Shown piece by piece: positions 8,941 to 20,000 of a DNA stretch of 20,000 nucleotides. Position numbers and translations under genes: made by a program. The notes beneath the pieces are model-generated. The model had not been told where the DNA came from and searched no databases. It saw only the letters and a list, made by a program, of their open reading frames with translations. The first letter of the stretch is position 1, and each line of letters begins with the position of its first letter. The stretch comes from Chiloscyllium plagiosum (taxonomy: Eukaryota): contig NC_057754.1 of NCBI RefSeq assembly GCF_004010195.1, forward strand, positions 12,930,122 to 12,950,121. Direction: 5' to 3'.

Positions 8941-10359
8941 CCCATTACCAGTGCAGATTGTTCTCTAATTCCCATTAATCACAGTTTTGCTCAGGATCCT
9001 TGATCCGACTGTCAGTCAAGGCCTGCTCCATTGAAAGGGAAGTCTCTCTGATCTCACATCAAATTATATTGGAAGATCAGTTGAAAGAACAAGGAGCAAA
9101 AGACAAGAATACTGTTTGTTTGAACAATATCCTCACAACATACAAAAGAAAATTGATACGTGGACTTTCAATTCTGTCCGAAGATGTTTGTTGGTGTTGA
9201 GGCTGTTTGGTTAAGTGTTGTGTTAAAGGGACAAGAAGAAACTCCACTCTGTACCAATAGTTAACAAAGCCATCCTGTTCATAGCGCATCAGACAGTGGC
9301 AAACATGCTGATTTCTGTTGCTGTTGGACAGTGATCATTTCAAACGCACCATTCACTGATGACATGTAGAAGCACAGAATTCAGCAATTTCCAGCATTTA
9401 GTTTGAGAGCAAAAAGCGAAAGGGAGAGTCAGGGAAACTGGGAGTGATAGGGAAGTGGTGTGATACACAGTGCGAGAAGTGTGAAGGGAGATGGTCAGTG
9501 GAAGGGTATGTCACAGCAGAAGGGGCAACGCAACGAAAGTAGGTGGAGAAGGAAAGAATATGAAGGGGAGGAGGTGGTGTGTCAGAAGGGCCATCTGTGG
9601 CAGGGAAAACCATGCAGTTGGAAAATGAGATTAGTGGACAATCAAACATCACTGTTAAGGAAAAGTGGGATCTGGTTTCCTTTGAATATGAGGAAAATGT
9701 TTTTTATACATCCACTCTACATTTCTGTATCTCCATCAAGTGCAGACATTTTCTTTTCTCTCCAATTCATTATCTCAACATTTTGTCACTTAATGTCACT
9801 AAACAAAATCCAGAACGGTGGGTGTTTTTTTTTCTATGAATTTGCTTCCAATTCAATGCAGAAATGAGAATGTGATTTGATCTTCTACTGCATGCTTATA
9901 ATGCAGCATTTAATTGAATCTTTATCCTCATCACCTTATTCTTTCAAACAAACTTCAGTATGAGCCTGCATCCATCCTGCAGATTAAAAAAAAGTTCCCT
10001 GTGTTCTGACGGGGTTGCAGGGAATGTTATAAAGAATGAGCTGCGGGCCCACATAAAATGGAAATGCTGCAGTGCACAGTACCAAAAGCGACTCCAAGAT
10101 TAATGATGTACAAGCAGAGGACCGGGGTATAAAAGCAGAATTCAGTTCCATGTCCAAAATACTCTTTGTAGCTCCCTAATAAAAGCCCTCTCCTGCATCA
10201 TGCTGCAAATTCACCAAAAGAGGGAAAACTATAGACTGGAATTATCAATTCTTCCTCTGCAACAACGACTGTAGAACAATTAGAAAATCAAGTTGTGTTT
10301 CTGATATTCATACACGTTGATGATAAGAATGTGGGAGATGGGGTGGGGGTTAGAGCATG

Positions 10360-10500
10360 ATAAACAATGTTGTGGATGACACAATGATTATTCCGGTGGT
10401 TCACAGTGAGGACGGAAGTGTTAGGTTACAGGAGGGTACAACCGGATTGTTCAGATGGCCAGATCAATGATCGATAAACTTAACACTGCAATATGTGAGA
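10360..10500 (+). mobile_element. Old CR1 RT fragment, left half of a copy split by the young CR1
   Basis: Degenerate 'VDDTMIIPVVHSEDGSVRLQEGTTGLFRWPDQ' matches the CR1 FADD region (compare ORF 11306..11587). Confidence 0.7.
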
Positions 10501-12843
10501 TAGAATATAGAACATAGAAAAATACAGCGCAGTACAGGCCCTTTGGCCCTCGATGTTGCGCCGATCCAAGCCCACCTAACCTACACTAGCCCACTATCCA
10601 CCATATGCCTATCCAATGCCCGTTTAAATGCCCATAAAGAGGGAGAGTCCACCACTGCGACTGGCAGGGCATTCCATGAACTAACGACTCGCTGAGTAAA
10701 GAATCTACCCCTAACATCTGTCCTATACCTACCACCCCTTAATTTAAAGCTATGCCCCCTATACCTACCACCCCTTAATTTAAAGCTGACTCCATACGTG
10801 GAAAAAGGTTCTCATGGTCAACCCTATCTAAACCCCTAATCATCTTGTACACCTCTATCAAGTCACCCCTAAACCTTCTTTTCTCCAATGAAAAGAGCCT
10901 CAAGTGCCTCAGCCTTTCCTCGTACGATTTTACTACCATACCAGGCAACATCCTGGTAAACCTCCTCTCAACCCGTTCCAGTGCCTCCAAATCCTTCCTC
11001 TTGTATGGCGACCAAAACTGCACACAATACTCCAGATGCGGCCGCACCAGAGTCTGATACAACTGCAACATGACCTCAGGACTCCGGAACTCAATTCCTC
11101 TACCAATAAAAGCCAGTACGCCATATGCATTCTTTACCGCACTATTTACCTGGGTGGCAACTGTCAGAGATCTGTGTACATGGACACCAATATCCTTCTG
11201 CTAATCCACACTACCAAGTATCCGACTATTAGCTCAGTACCCCATCTTTTTGTTACTCTTACCAAAATGAATCACCTCACACTTACGTCCATTGAACTCC
11301 ATTTGCTACCTTTCTGCCCAGCTCTGCAGCTTATCTATATCCCGCTGTAACCTGACACATCCTTCCTCACTGTCAACAACTCCACCGACTTTTGTATCAT
11401 CTGCAAACTTGCTCACCCAACCTTCTCGCACCTCCTCCAGGTCATTTATAAAAATGACAAACAGCAATAGTCCCAAAACAGATCCTTGCGGAACACCACT
11501 AGTAACTGCACTCCAAGCTGAACCTTTGCCATCAACTACTACCCTCTGTCTTCTTCCAGCCAGCCAATTCCTAATCCAAACCTCCAACTCACCCTCAATG
11601 CCATACCTCCGTATTTATTGCAGTAGCCTATCATGGGGAACCTTAACAAACGCCTTACTAAGATCCATATACACCACATCTACCGCTTTACTCTCGTCCA
11701 CCTCCTTAGTTACCTTCTCAAAGAATTCAATCAGGTTTGTGAGGCACGACCTGCCCTTCACAAAACCATGCTGACTATCCCTGATCACATTATTCCTATC
11801 CAGATGTTCATAAATCCTATCCCTGACAATTCTCTCTAAGACTTTGCCCACAACAGAAGTGAGACTCACCGGCCTATAGTTACTAGTGTTATCCCTACTC
11901 CCCTTCTTGAACAAGGGAACCACATTTGCTATCCTCTAGTCTTCTGGCACTATTCCCGTAGACAACGAGGACATAAAAATCAAGGCCAATGGCTCTGCAA
12001 TCTCCTCCCTTGCTTCCCAGAGAATCCTGGGATAAATGCCATCAGACCCAGGGGACTTATCTATTTTCACCCTTTCCAGAATTTCCAACACCTCTTCCCT
12101 ACATACCTCAAAGCCGTCCATTCTAATTAATTGTGACTCAGTATTCACTTTGGCAACAGTGTCCTGTTCCTGAGTGAATACTGACGTAAAGTATTCACTC
12201 AGTGTCTCCCCAATCTCTTCAGCCTCCACTTCCCACTACTATCCTTGACTGGACCTATTCCTACCCTCGTCATCCTTTTATTCCTGACATACCTATAGAA
12301 AGCCTTTGGGGTTTCCCTAATCCTACCAACTAAGGACTTTTCATTTCCCCTCCTTGCTGCTCTTAGCTCTCTCTTCAGATCCTTCCTGGCTACCTTAAAT
12401 CTCTCAATCGCCCCAATTGAACCTTAACTCCTCATCTTTACATAGGCCGCCCTCTTCCCTTTAACAAGGGATTCCTATTCCTTATTAAACCACGGCTCCC
12501 TCACACGACCCTTTCCTCCCTGCCTGACAGGTATATACTTATCAAGGACACTCTTTAGTTGCTCCTTGAACAATCTCCACATATCATTTGTGCCCTTGCC
12601 TTGATACCTACTTTTCCAAGCCACGCATCCTAAGTCGTGCCTCACCGCATCATAATTTCCCTGCCCCCAGCTATAACTCTTGCCCTACAATGCACACTTA
12701 TCCTTCTCCATCATTAGAGTAAAAGTCCCCGAATTGTCGTCATTGTCCCCAAAGTGCTCACCTACCTCCAATTCTAACACCTGGCCTGGTTCGTTCCCCA
12801 GAACCAAATCCAATATGGCCTTACCTCTTTTTGGCCTGTCTAC
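10501..12843 (-). mobile_element. Relatively young CR1 LINE, 5'-truncated in the APE endonuclease domain
   Basis: ORF2 pieces: 'AILDLVLGNEPGQVLELEVGEHFGD' (EN end), 'KSPGSDGIYPRIL', 'NYRPVSLTSVVGKVLE', '[10 protein letters not shown]', 'SKFADDTK', 'LVRPHLEYCVQFWSP'; (TAGAACA)n tail at 10501. Confidence 0.95.
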
Positions 12844-13210
12844 TGCACTTTGAAAGAATAACAACACAAGAGAGTACTCAAACCATGAAAATGGCTAGAT
12901 TTGCTTTTGCTTTACTTTGGAGCAGAGAAGGTTATGGTGAGAACCTGACAGAGGTGTATAACCGCATGAGAAGTATAGACAGAGTGAACAGACAGCAGCT
13001 GTTCCCCTTAGTCAAACGGTTAAATATAAGCGGACACACGTTTAAAGTGAAAGACAAGAGGTTCAGTGAGGATTTGTGAAATCTGGTTTGAACCCAGAGG
13101 GTGATATGCTTCTGGAATGCATTGCCTGTGAGGGTTGTTGAGGAAGGAAACCGTACAAACTTGGCAAAACACTTGTATCAGCACTTGATGGTGCCAGATT
13201 TGATAGGCAT
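12841..13210 (+). mobile_element. Old CR1 continuation (right half), internally deleted
   Basis: 'ctgcactttgaaagaataac' continues the CEVxHFGxxN motif begun at ~10495; 'ENLTEVYNRMRSIDRVNRQQLFPLV...GHTFKV' is CR1 ORF2 C-terminus. Confidence 0.75.
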
Positions 13211-14204
13211 CTTCTTTATTATACGATTCCATGATATATTGTGAAGCACCACCCAATGGTAATTGTTGGTTTGATCCATCGAACAAGTAAGTAGGGAGAT
13301 TAGAAATCAGCATCATCTCATGGAGCATCAGTACTTACTAAACCAAGGACAGCTCATCTATCTCTGAAAATATTCAAGATAATTCACTTGCTCAGTGTAA
13401 GTTTCATTCAATAAGCCAACCAACATTATTCCAGCTGTTTGACACCATTAGTTTAAGGACACCAATAACATAGAAACAAACTTTCCTTCATTGTTATATC
13501 GACTTCTAGTTGTAAGGTTGTTATTTCTCTGCAGAATAATAAATTCCTTGCCACATATTCGCTTTGACAAAGAGTCAGTTTTCCTGCGTTTTTCTGCCAG
13601 ATGTTCATCACAGTACAGCGGCTTGTTTAACACTACGTCCACTACCAGTAATACTTACGCCAAGCTAAACTGGCACATGAGATGCACAGCTGGTACCCCC
13701 TCCCAACAGCCACTTGGATGGGCTAACACCAAGTGAACTGAAACTTCTCAACGGCAATTAATGTTGGACTAGCTCCATTAAAATCCCAAATGAATTTTTG
13801 AAAAATTCAATTTCCTAATAATAAATGAACAATGTAACCATGTTTATTGTTCTGATGAGTTTGTTGCGGACTTTGAAGTAGTGTGATGCATTTGCAGAAA
13901 TCATTTCGTGAATACATTGAAATAAAAGGCCAACTGACAGCCCAGGTCACGAATAACACAAGTTAATGCAGCATTAAATCAGCAGCTGAATGAGCACAAA
14001 ATGCCAGAGCAGAGTGGGCCACGCACCTTGAGGTAATTTTCATTAATGTAATTTGGTGTTTTCTGGCTGGTGTAGACATGTTGCGCTGAATGGCCTGCTT
14101 GTGTTCCATAAGACTATCACTTTAATTCTTGAAAACAGAAAATATCTAACCATTTACATAGCTTGTGAGCATCAATTGGTGATAAATATAATCTCCAAGG
14201 TCAC

Positions 14205-14325
14205 ATTGCATTCTGACTTGAATCGAAACCATTTTCCCTTCACTGTCACTTGTTCAGAATCCTGTAACTCTCTCTGAAACAAATATGTTCGTGTTCCTGC
14301 ATCAAGAGGACTAATGGGGTTCACT
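14205..14325 (+). mobile_element. Ancient CR1/L2-group LINE 3' fragment
   Basis: Opposite-orientation relative of 8745-8940. Confidence 0.45.
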
Positions 14326-14624
14326 AACACATTATGAGTGGAACTTAAACGTAGGCAACAGATCGGTGGTTTTTCTAATGAAACTCACCTCACAACAACA
14401 ACTGAAAGGAAGCTGCACTATTAAGACATTATCTAATTGCTAAAGCAGTTTCAAAAGAGTTTTTCACTTGTTTAAAAAACACATTTGGAAAGTTGTGCCC
14501 ATCACTCTGAAAGGAAAAATTTTCATGTTCATGAGAATGATCTCCTAATTTTTCGGTAGCTGAAGACAACAAAAAAGTAGAAACTAGCTTCAGGCGTAAG
14601 TGTTCCTTCTTTGCCCTTACAACG

Positions 14625-15260
14625 TTAGTGTGTCATTCTTAGTCAAGAATCTGCCTGCCTCTGCCTTAGGAATATTCAATGTCCATCGCTCTCTGGGATA
14701 AGAGTTTCACAAATACACAACACTTTGAGAGGGCTGAAACAACCCACATTTTATGTAATGAGATATTCTTCAGTTTTACTTTCCATCCACTTATTGTAGT
14801 CTCTCATACAAACTGAAGTATTATTTCAGAATTCATATTAAAAAGACTATGCAGAATATTCTGAGGTTAAACAAGATCACATATTGCCCAGCTAAACTCC
14901 AGAAGATATAGGGCCAGTCTGGTCAATATTTCCTCCTGAAGTACAATTCTTCACAGGAGTCAGTTGAGTGAATCTTCTCTGGACTACTTTGCATGTCATT
15001 ATGGCCATAGCTCTTTCGATGTGGTCTCACCAGTACAGTGTAAAACTGTAGAAAATTCTTCCTACTTCTGAATGAATTCTGTTTCAAAAAAGTTTCAACA
15101 TTTGTCTCCCTCTCTAAAACCCTGATGTACACGACCTTTTTTGTGTGATCCAGGTGCCTGATTCCTCTGTGCCTCAGTCCAAACTCTCCATTTAAATAAT
15201 TCGTGCATTTCAATTAAACTTCCAACATATTTGAACACAGACACATTTTCCATTCTATGC
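14625..15260 (-). mobile_element. Highly diverged CR1 fragment
   Basis: ORF 14923..15213 contains 'LQFYTVLVRPH', the CR1 ORF2 C-terminal motif; boundaries approximate. Confidence 0.6.
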
Positions 15261-15353
15261 TCCAATCATCAATATTTGTTGTTCATTTGACCAACTTATA
15301 TTTCTTTGTTAACTCGTGTAGTCTTCATATACAAATAAAAACAAGAAAATTAA

Positions 15354-15567
15354 AAATATTACATTGTCAATTCCATTGGAATGTGGCAACAGCCTATGTC
15401 TTTGACCGAGTATTCTGTCTGTATTATGGAAGAATACAAATATTTGAAATTGTCTGTGTCCTCTCAAGCAGGTACACATGTTTATATTCTTCCATAATGC
15501 AAACAGAATATTTCGTCAAAGACATAGGTTGACGCCACAATTGAGTGGAATCGACAATGTCATATTT
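15354..15567. repeat. Long imperfect inverted repeat (90-bp arms, 34-nt spacer), unclassified
   Basis: Arms 15354-15443 and 15478-15567 align without gaps as reverse complements; about 16 mismatches by manual count. Confidence 0.9.
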
Positions 15568-15699
15568 GTAGTCCATGTCCAAGCTATAAATTAGCGACAA
15601 TGCTAAAGTGTTTTGCTGTGCCATCACTCAGTTCCCATCACTGAAATATGGACAGATGGTGTAGAATCTGTGTGGGTGTAATTGTGCAACAACAAAGGT

Positions 15700-16130
15700 T
15701 AAAAAGGCAGAAAACAGCGAGTGAGGATAAAAATGATCATGTCAGTATGGTAGCCAGTGACATGTGTTATTCCACACGGCTCAGTGTTGGGACCACGACA
15801 TTTTACTTTGTAAATTAATGAGCTAGATGAATGTTCTAAGGGCATCTAGTTAACTTTTCAGATGATATAAAGATTTGTAGAGATTCAGGTAACATTGCGG
15901 AAGTGGAGAGGCTGCAGAAGGGTTTAAACACGTAAGGAGAGGGGGCAAAGAAGTGGCAGATGGAGTACAATGGAGGTAAGTGTGAGGTCATGCATTTTGG
16001 TAAGAAAAATACAGGCATGGACTATTTTCTAAATGTGGGAAAATATTTCAGTCTGAAGTGCAAAGACACTTGGGAGTTCTCGACCAAGATTGTCTCAAGG
16101 TAAACTTGCAGGTGAACCAATTGTTAGGAA
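15700..16130 (+). mobile_element. Diverged CR1 RT fragment, left part
   Basis: 'attccacacggctcagtgttggga' ([11 protein letters not shown]), 'ttttcagatgatataaag' (FADDTK-like), 'tggcagatggagtacaat...tgtgaggtcatgcattttgg'. Confidence 0.8.
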
Positions 16131-16822
16131 ACTTTTATATCACGACACAGTGTGTTTTATAATCTTATATTCACGAAAAGAACTGTAAGTCGACTCATAA
16201 ACAACAACATCTGTTTATTGAACGCAATTAATATTAGAACAATAAATTGTACTATAATGTAACGAAACACATTACAAACTACCTTATGCTTTAACTTAAC
16301 TTTGTATGATCGTATACCACTTCAACAGAGCATTGCCGGGCTCCACGTGCTGATTTCTCCTTCTTACGATGGACTTGGATGCGTCTTCTGCTTTGGTGGT
16401 TATTCTCGATTTACTGCGCTAAGTGGGGTTTTGCAGTGATTCTCATTCTTCAGAGTCTTCACCTCATTTTGGGAGGATATGGAGGATCTGTCAACAGAAT
16501 GACCAAGTTGGATAACTCTAATCAATCAGACCCAACCAAAGGTTTGCGCTTTGATGGCCCAAGGGAGGCATTCCGTTGTCCCATTCAAATTCAACTCCAG
16601 GTTTGTATTGCCGGGTCTGTAGCTGTCAAGTTTGTTTACAAACCGTCTGTGGGTAGCTGCAGCCTGTCTGGATTCTGCAGCATGTGGATTAGCACAGAAA
16701 GTTTACTCAAGGTCGGGATCCATTTCTCAGCATGCTTTAATCATTGTTCGTTTTTGTAACTCCATGGTAATTTGTTAATGTCCATCATAATTTCGTTATT
16801 TCAGGTGGCAAGTCTGGTCACA
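16131..16822 (-). mobile_element. ~690-bp insertion splitting a CR1; solo-LTR-like
   Basis: CR1 reads '...gttaggaa' (16130) and resumes 'aaggcaaat' (16823). On the minus strand the insert starts TGTGACC and has AATAAA (~16214-16219) ~80 nt before its end. No clean TSD or terminal CA seen. Confidence 0.5.
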
Positions 16823-17250
16823 AAGGCAAATACAATTATGGCATTTATTTTGAGAGGGCTTGAATATAAAAGCATGGATGTAATTCTGAGACTCTATAAG
16901 GCTCTAATCAGACCAAATTTGGATTATTGTGTGATGTTTTGGGCCCCATATATCAGGAAGGATACACTGCCCCTGGAGCGTGTTCAGAGGCAGTTCACAT
17001 GAATGGCCTCAGGAATGAAAAGCCTAACATATGAGGTCTCTGAGATTAAACTCGCTGAAGTTGAGAAGGATGAGGGGATCTAATTGAATCATGTAAAGTA
17101 CGAAGTGCCTGGCCAGAGTAGATGTCAGAAAGATGCTTCCATTGTTAGGAGGGGAAAGGACCCAAAGGCATAGTATCATAGTTAAGGGAAGACCTTTTAT
17201 ATCGGAGATAAGGAGAAATGTCTTCAGCCAGAGAGTGATGAATCTGTGGC
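16823..17250 (+). mobile_element. Diverged CR1, right part
   Basis: 'KANTIMAFILRGLEYKSMDVILRLYKALIRPNLDYCVMFWAPY' and 'RRNVFSQRVMNLW'. Confidence 0.85.
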
Positions 17251-17463
17251 AAGGATGGAAGTTTCCTTCCTTAAAGGACATTAGTGAACCAGATGAGTTT
17301 TCCCTTACAATGGATTCATGACCACCATCAGTCTCTTAATTCCACATTTGAATTCAAACTCCATCATCTACCATGGCAGAATTCAAATCCAGGTCATCAG
17401 AACATTAGCTGGGTCTCTCGCTTAAAAGTTCAGCGATAACACTACCAAGCCACTGCCTTGCCC
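17251..17463 (-). mobile_element. Deu-domain (SacSINE1-like) SINE, 5' half
   Basis: 'gtttccttccttaaaggacattagtgaaccagatg' core; tRNA-like head on the minus strand; similar to ~3005-3240. Confidence 0.7.
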
Positions 17464-18309
17464 AGTCCTCCAAAGTGTGACTAACTTGTGTAATATGATT
17501 TGCCTGAGACTTTTCCCTCAAGCTGTGATTGATTTCCGTGTCAAATCATGGATAATCTTTCTCCATTACGCAATTCCTCTTCCTCTCACCAATATACTTT
17601 AATTGAGAGGTTACTTAGTATCTCGTTGTGTCTTTACCTTTTTTTTTAATCAGAGAGACACAACAGCACAGGCCAGGGATTGGAAACTGGGATTTTCCAG
17701 ATCTCTGCGGGACTCAGTGCCATTCTCAATGTGTATCCCTCACTGGATCAGTCTAATTTCCCATTGTGTCTATTTCTCTGCCTCCTGTAGGTACTCAGGA
17801 ATTTCCTGACTCAGTAGACATCCCAACTACTGGCTGTTTCGTCCATCACCTCTTTGAAGATGGTTGGTCAGCCAGTCAGACAAAGGGCAGGGAGATCTAG
17901 AGTCTTTAATAAATCCTGCAGTGACGTAAGATCACTAACAGTGAACAGAGCAGAGAGGAGTGAGAGAGCTCCAAGCATCGGCTAACAAAAGATGACATAG
18001 ATACAGTGCTGGCGGGGGAGCATAGTACAGACACACCCCAGGCTCAATCACTGCCCCTACTGTCAGTTCTGTTGTTCTGAGACTCACTACTCTGCAACAC
18101 TGTACCTTTGGCATGTCTTGCGGACCAACGTCTTCAATAATTTTTAACTCCAATAGCAGTTCCTGCCCCTGTAACCTCCTCCTTTCCAGATAGTCCCTGC
18201 ACTTATTTGAAATATACTGCATTCCAGATTGAAATCCCTATATCTGAATATTTCTTCAGTGTCTACAATATGCCTTATCTCGGTAGTCTCCTCCTCCAAT
18301 AACTGAAGA

Positions 18310-18586
18310 AGAGTCATGGTTCACAGAAACTGTTCCTTTGGTCCGACTAGTCCATGCTGACCAGAGTCCCTGAACGAGTCACGTTTCCCTGCATTTGACC
18401 CATATTCCTTCAAACCTTCTCCTCTCCATATACCTGCCCAAATGTCTTTCCCAAATTGTTATTGTACTTTTCTCTACCACGTCCCCTGGAAGCTCATTCT
18501 ATACCTGCACCATCCTGTGTTTGGAAAATTTTCTCCTCCAAACCCTTTTAAGTTTTTTCTCTCCCATCTCATAATTATGCCCTCTC
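18310..18586 (-). mobile_element. Old CR1 3' end
   Basis: Tail 'agagtcat...cctttggtccgactagtccatgctgacca' followed by ORF2-end-like sequence. Confidence 0.65.
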
Positions 18587-19119
18587 GAATACAGAACATA
18601 GAACATGGCAGAGCGGTACAGGCCCTTCGGCCCTCAATTTTGCGCCAAACTGTGGAACCAATCTGAAGTCCATCTAACCTTCCCTATTCCATTCTCAATC
18701 ACATGCCTATCCAATGCCCATTTAAATGCCCTTAAAGTTGGCGAGTCCACGACTGTTGCAGGCAATGCATTCCATTCCCCGACTATTCTGAGTACCTCTG
18801 GCATCTGTCCCATATCTATTAATTAATAGTAATATTAATATCTTCCTCAATTTAAAGCTATCTCTCCTCGTGCTAGGCATCGCCATCCGAGGGAAAAGGC
18901 GCTCATTGTCCACCCCATCTCATCCTCTGATTATCTTGAATGTCTCAATTAATTGGCCTCAAATATCTTCTCTCGAACAAAAACAGATTCAAGTCCATCA
19001 GCCATCCTCCGTACCAGGTAAAAAATCTCCTGAAAACCCTTTCCAAATCTTTAACACACTTCCTCTAATGCGGTGATCTGAACCAGAGGCAACACTCCAG
19101 ATGTGGCCGCACCAGAGTT
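18587..19119 (-). mobile_element. CR1 3' fragment (same subfamily as 5768-7639)
   Basis: 'cagaacatagaaca' tail and 'ggaaccaatctgaag' 3'UTR shared with ~5830-5850; ends at 'ggccgcaccagagtt'. Confidence 0.85.
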
Positions 19120-19673
19120 ATAGAACATAGAACATAGAAGGATACAGCGCAGTACAGGCCCTTTGGCCCTCGATGTTGCGCCGATCCAAGCCCACCTAAC
19201 CTATACTAACCCACTATCCTCCATATACCTATCCAATGCCCGCTTAAATGCCCATAAAGAGGGAGAGTCCACCACTGCTACTGGTAGGGCATTCCATGAA
19301 CTTACGAGTCGCTGAGTGAAGAACCTACCCCTAACTTCAGTCCTATATCTACCCCCCCTTAATTTAAAGCTATGCCCCCTCGTAATAGCTGACTCCATAC
19401 GTGGAAAAAGGTTCTCATGGTCAACCCTATCTAAACCCCTAATCATCTTGTACACCTCAATCAAGTCACCCCTAAACCTTCTTTTCTCTAATGAAAACAG
19501 CCCCAAGTGTCTCAGTCTTTCCTCATACGATCTTCCTTCCATACCAGGCAACATCCTGGTAAACCTCCTCTGCAACCGTTCCAGTGCCTCCACATCCTTC
19601 CGAAAGTATGGTGACCAAAACTGCACACAATATTCCAGATGCGGCCGCACCAGAGTCTTATACAACTGCAACA
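19120..19673 (-). mobile_element. Young CR1 3' fragment with open ORF2 C-terminus
   Basis: Highly similar to 10501-11070; ORF open from LQLYKTLVRPHLEY to the stop at 19201; (TAGAACA)n tail; 5' end joins a (CA)n run. Confidence 0.95.
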
Positions 19674-19689
19674 CACACACACATATCTC

Positions 19690-20000
19690 GGAACTGCTGA
19701 AATAGTGCACTGTTACTGAGAACACACTCACACAACTCGGAACTGCTGAAACAGTGCACTGTCACTGAGAACACGCACACTAGGAACTGCTGAAACAGTG
19801 CACTGTCACTGAGAACACGCACACTAGGAACTGCTGAAACAGTGCACTGTCACTGAGAACACGCACACTAGGAACTGCTGAAACAGTGCACTGTCACTGA
19901 GAACACGCACACTAGGAACTGCTGAAACAGTGCACTGTCACTGAGAACACGCACACTAGGAACTGCTGAAACAGTGCACTGTCACTGAGAACACACACAC
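19690..20000. repeat. 44-bp minisatellite continuing beyond the window
   Basis: Unit GGAACTGCTGAAACAGTGCACTGTCACTGAGAACACGCACACTA starting at 19739, 19783, 19827, 19871, 19915, 19959 (last partial); diverged 49-bp first unit at 19690. Confidence 0.97.

Noticed and set aside
9398..9867. Overlapping ORFs in a purine-rich tract
   Set aside because: Compositional bias, no recognisable motifs or supported exon structure.
16379..16759. 126-aa hydrophobic ORF
   Set aside because: Inside the LTR-like insert, no recognisable domain; likely chance.
17935..18300. Possible CR1 ORF1/endonuclease relic or exon
   Set aside because: Similarity too faint to support by eye.
18302..18335. Possible hammerhead at CTGAAGAAGAGTCAT...GAAAC
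   Set aside because: No convincing helix II; the downstream sequence is a CR1 3' tail.
19201..19731. 176-aa ORF as a host gene
   Set aside because: CR1 ORF2 C-terminus with chance read-through from the minisatellite and (CA)n run.
19690..20000. CRISPR-like array of palindromic repeats
   Set aside because: No unique spacers, no cas genes, vertebrate context.
19739..20000. V(D)J recombination signal-like heptamers (AACAGTG/CACTGTC)
   Set aside because: Not CACAGTG, no nonamer at 12/23 spacing, no Ig/TCR segments nearby.

Overview
Eukaryotic, repeat-dense genomic DNA. The repeat families (HE1-like and Deu/SacSINE1-like SINEs, CR1 LINEs with (TAGAACA)n tails) point to a cartilaginous fish; this is recognition from memory, not a database search. 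Most of the window is retroelement debris: a decayed Penelope-like element (RT + GIY-YIG) with an inverted 5' copy of its 3' region and an intact-looking minimal hammerhead ribozyme overlapping its stop codon; many CR1 copies of different ages, some nested or stacked; a TSD-bounded composite Tx1-like LINE 3' end; SINEs; a solo-LTR-like insert; and a 44-bp minisatellite running off the right edge. The only host gene candidate is a minus-strand first coding exon (3874-3658) of a GPR139/GPR142-like class A GPCR. Its N-terminus is built from a 42-bp (2x21-bp) tandem repeat, and its second exon is not visible, presumably lying left of the window. An unexplained ~210-bp fold-back sits at 15354-15567. 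No prokaryotic features, CRISPR arrays, tRNA or rRNA genes were found.
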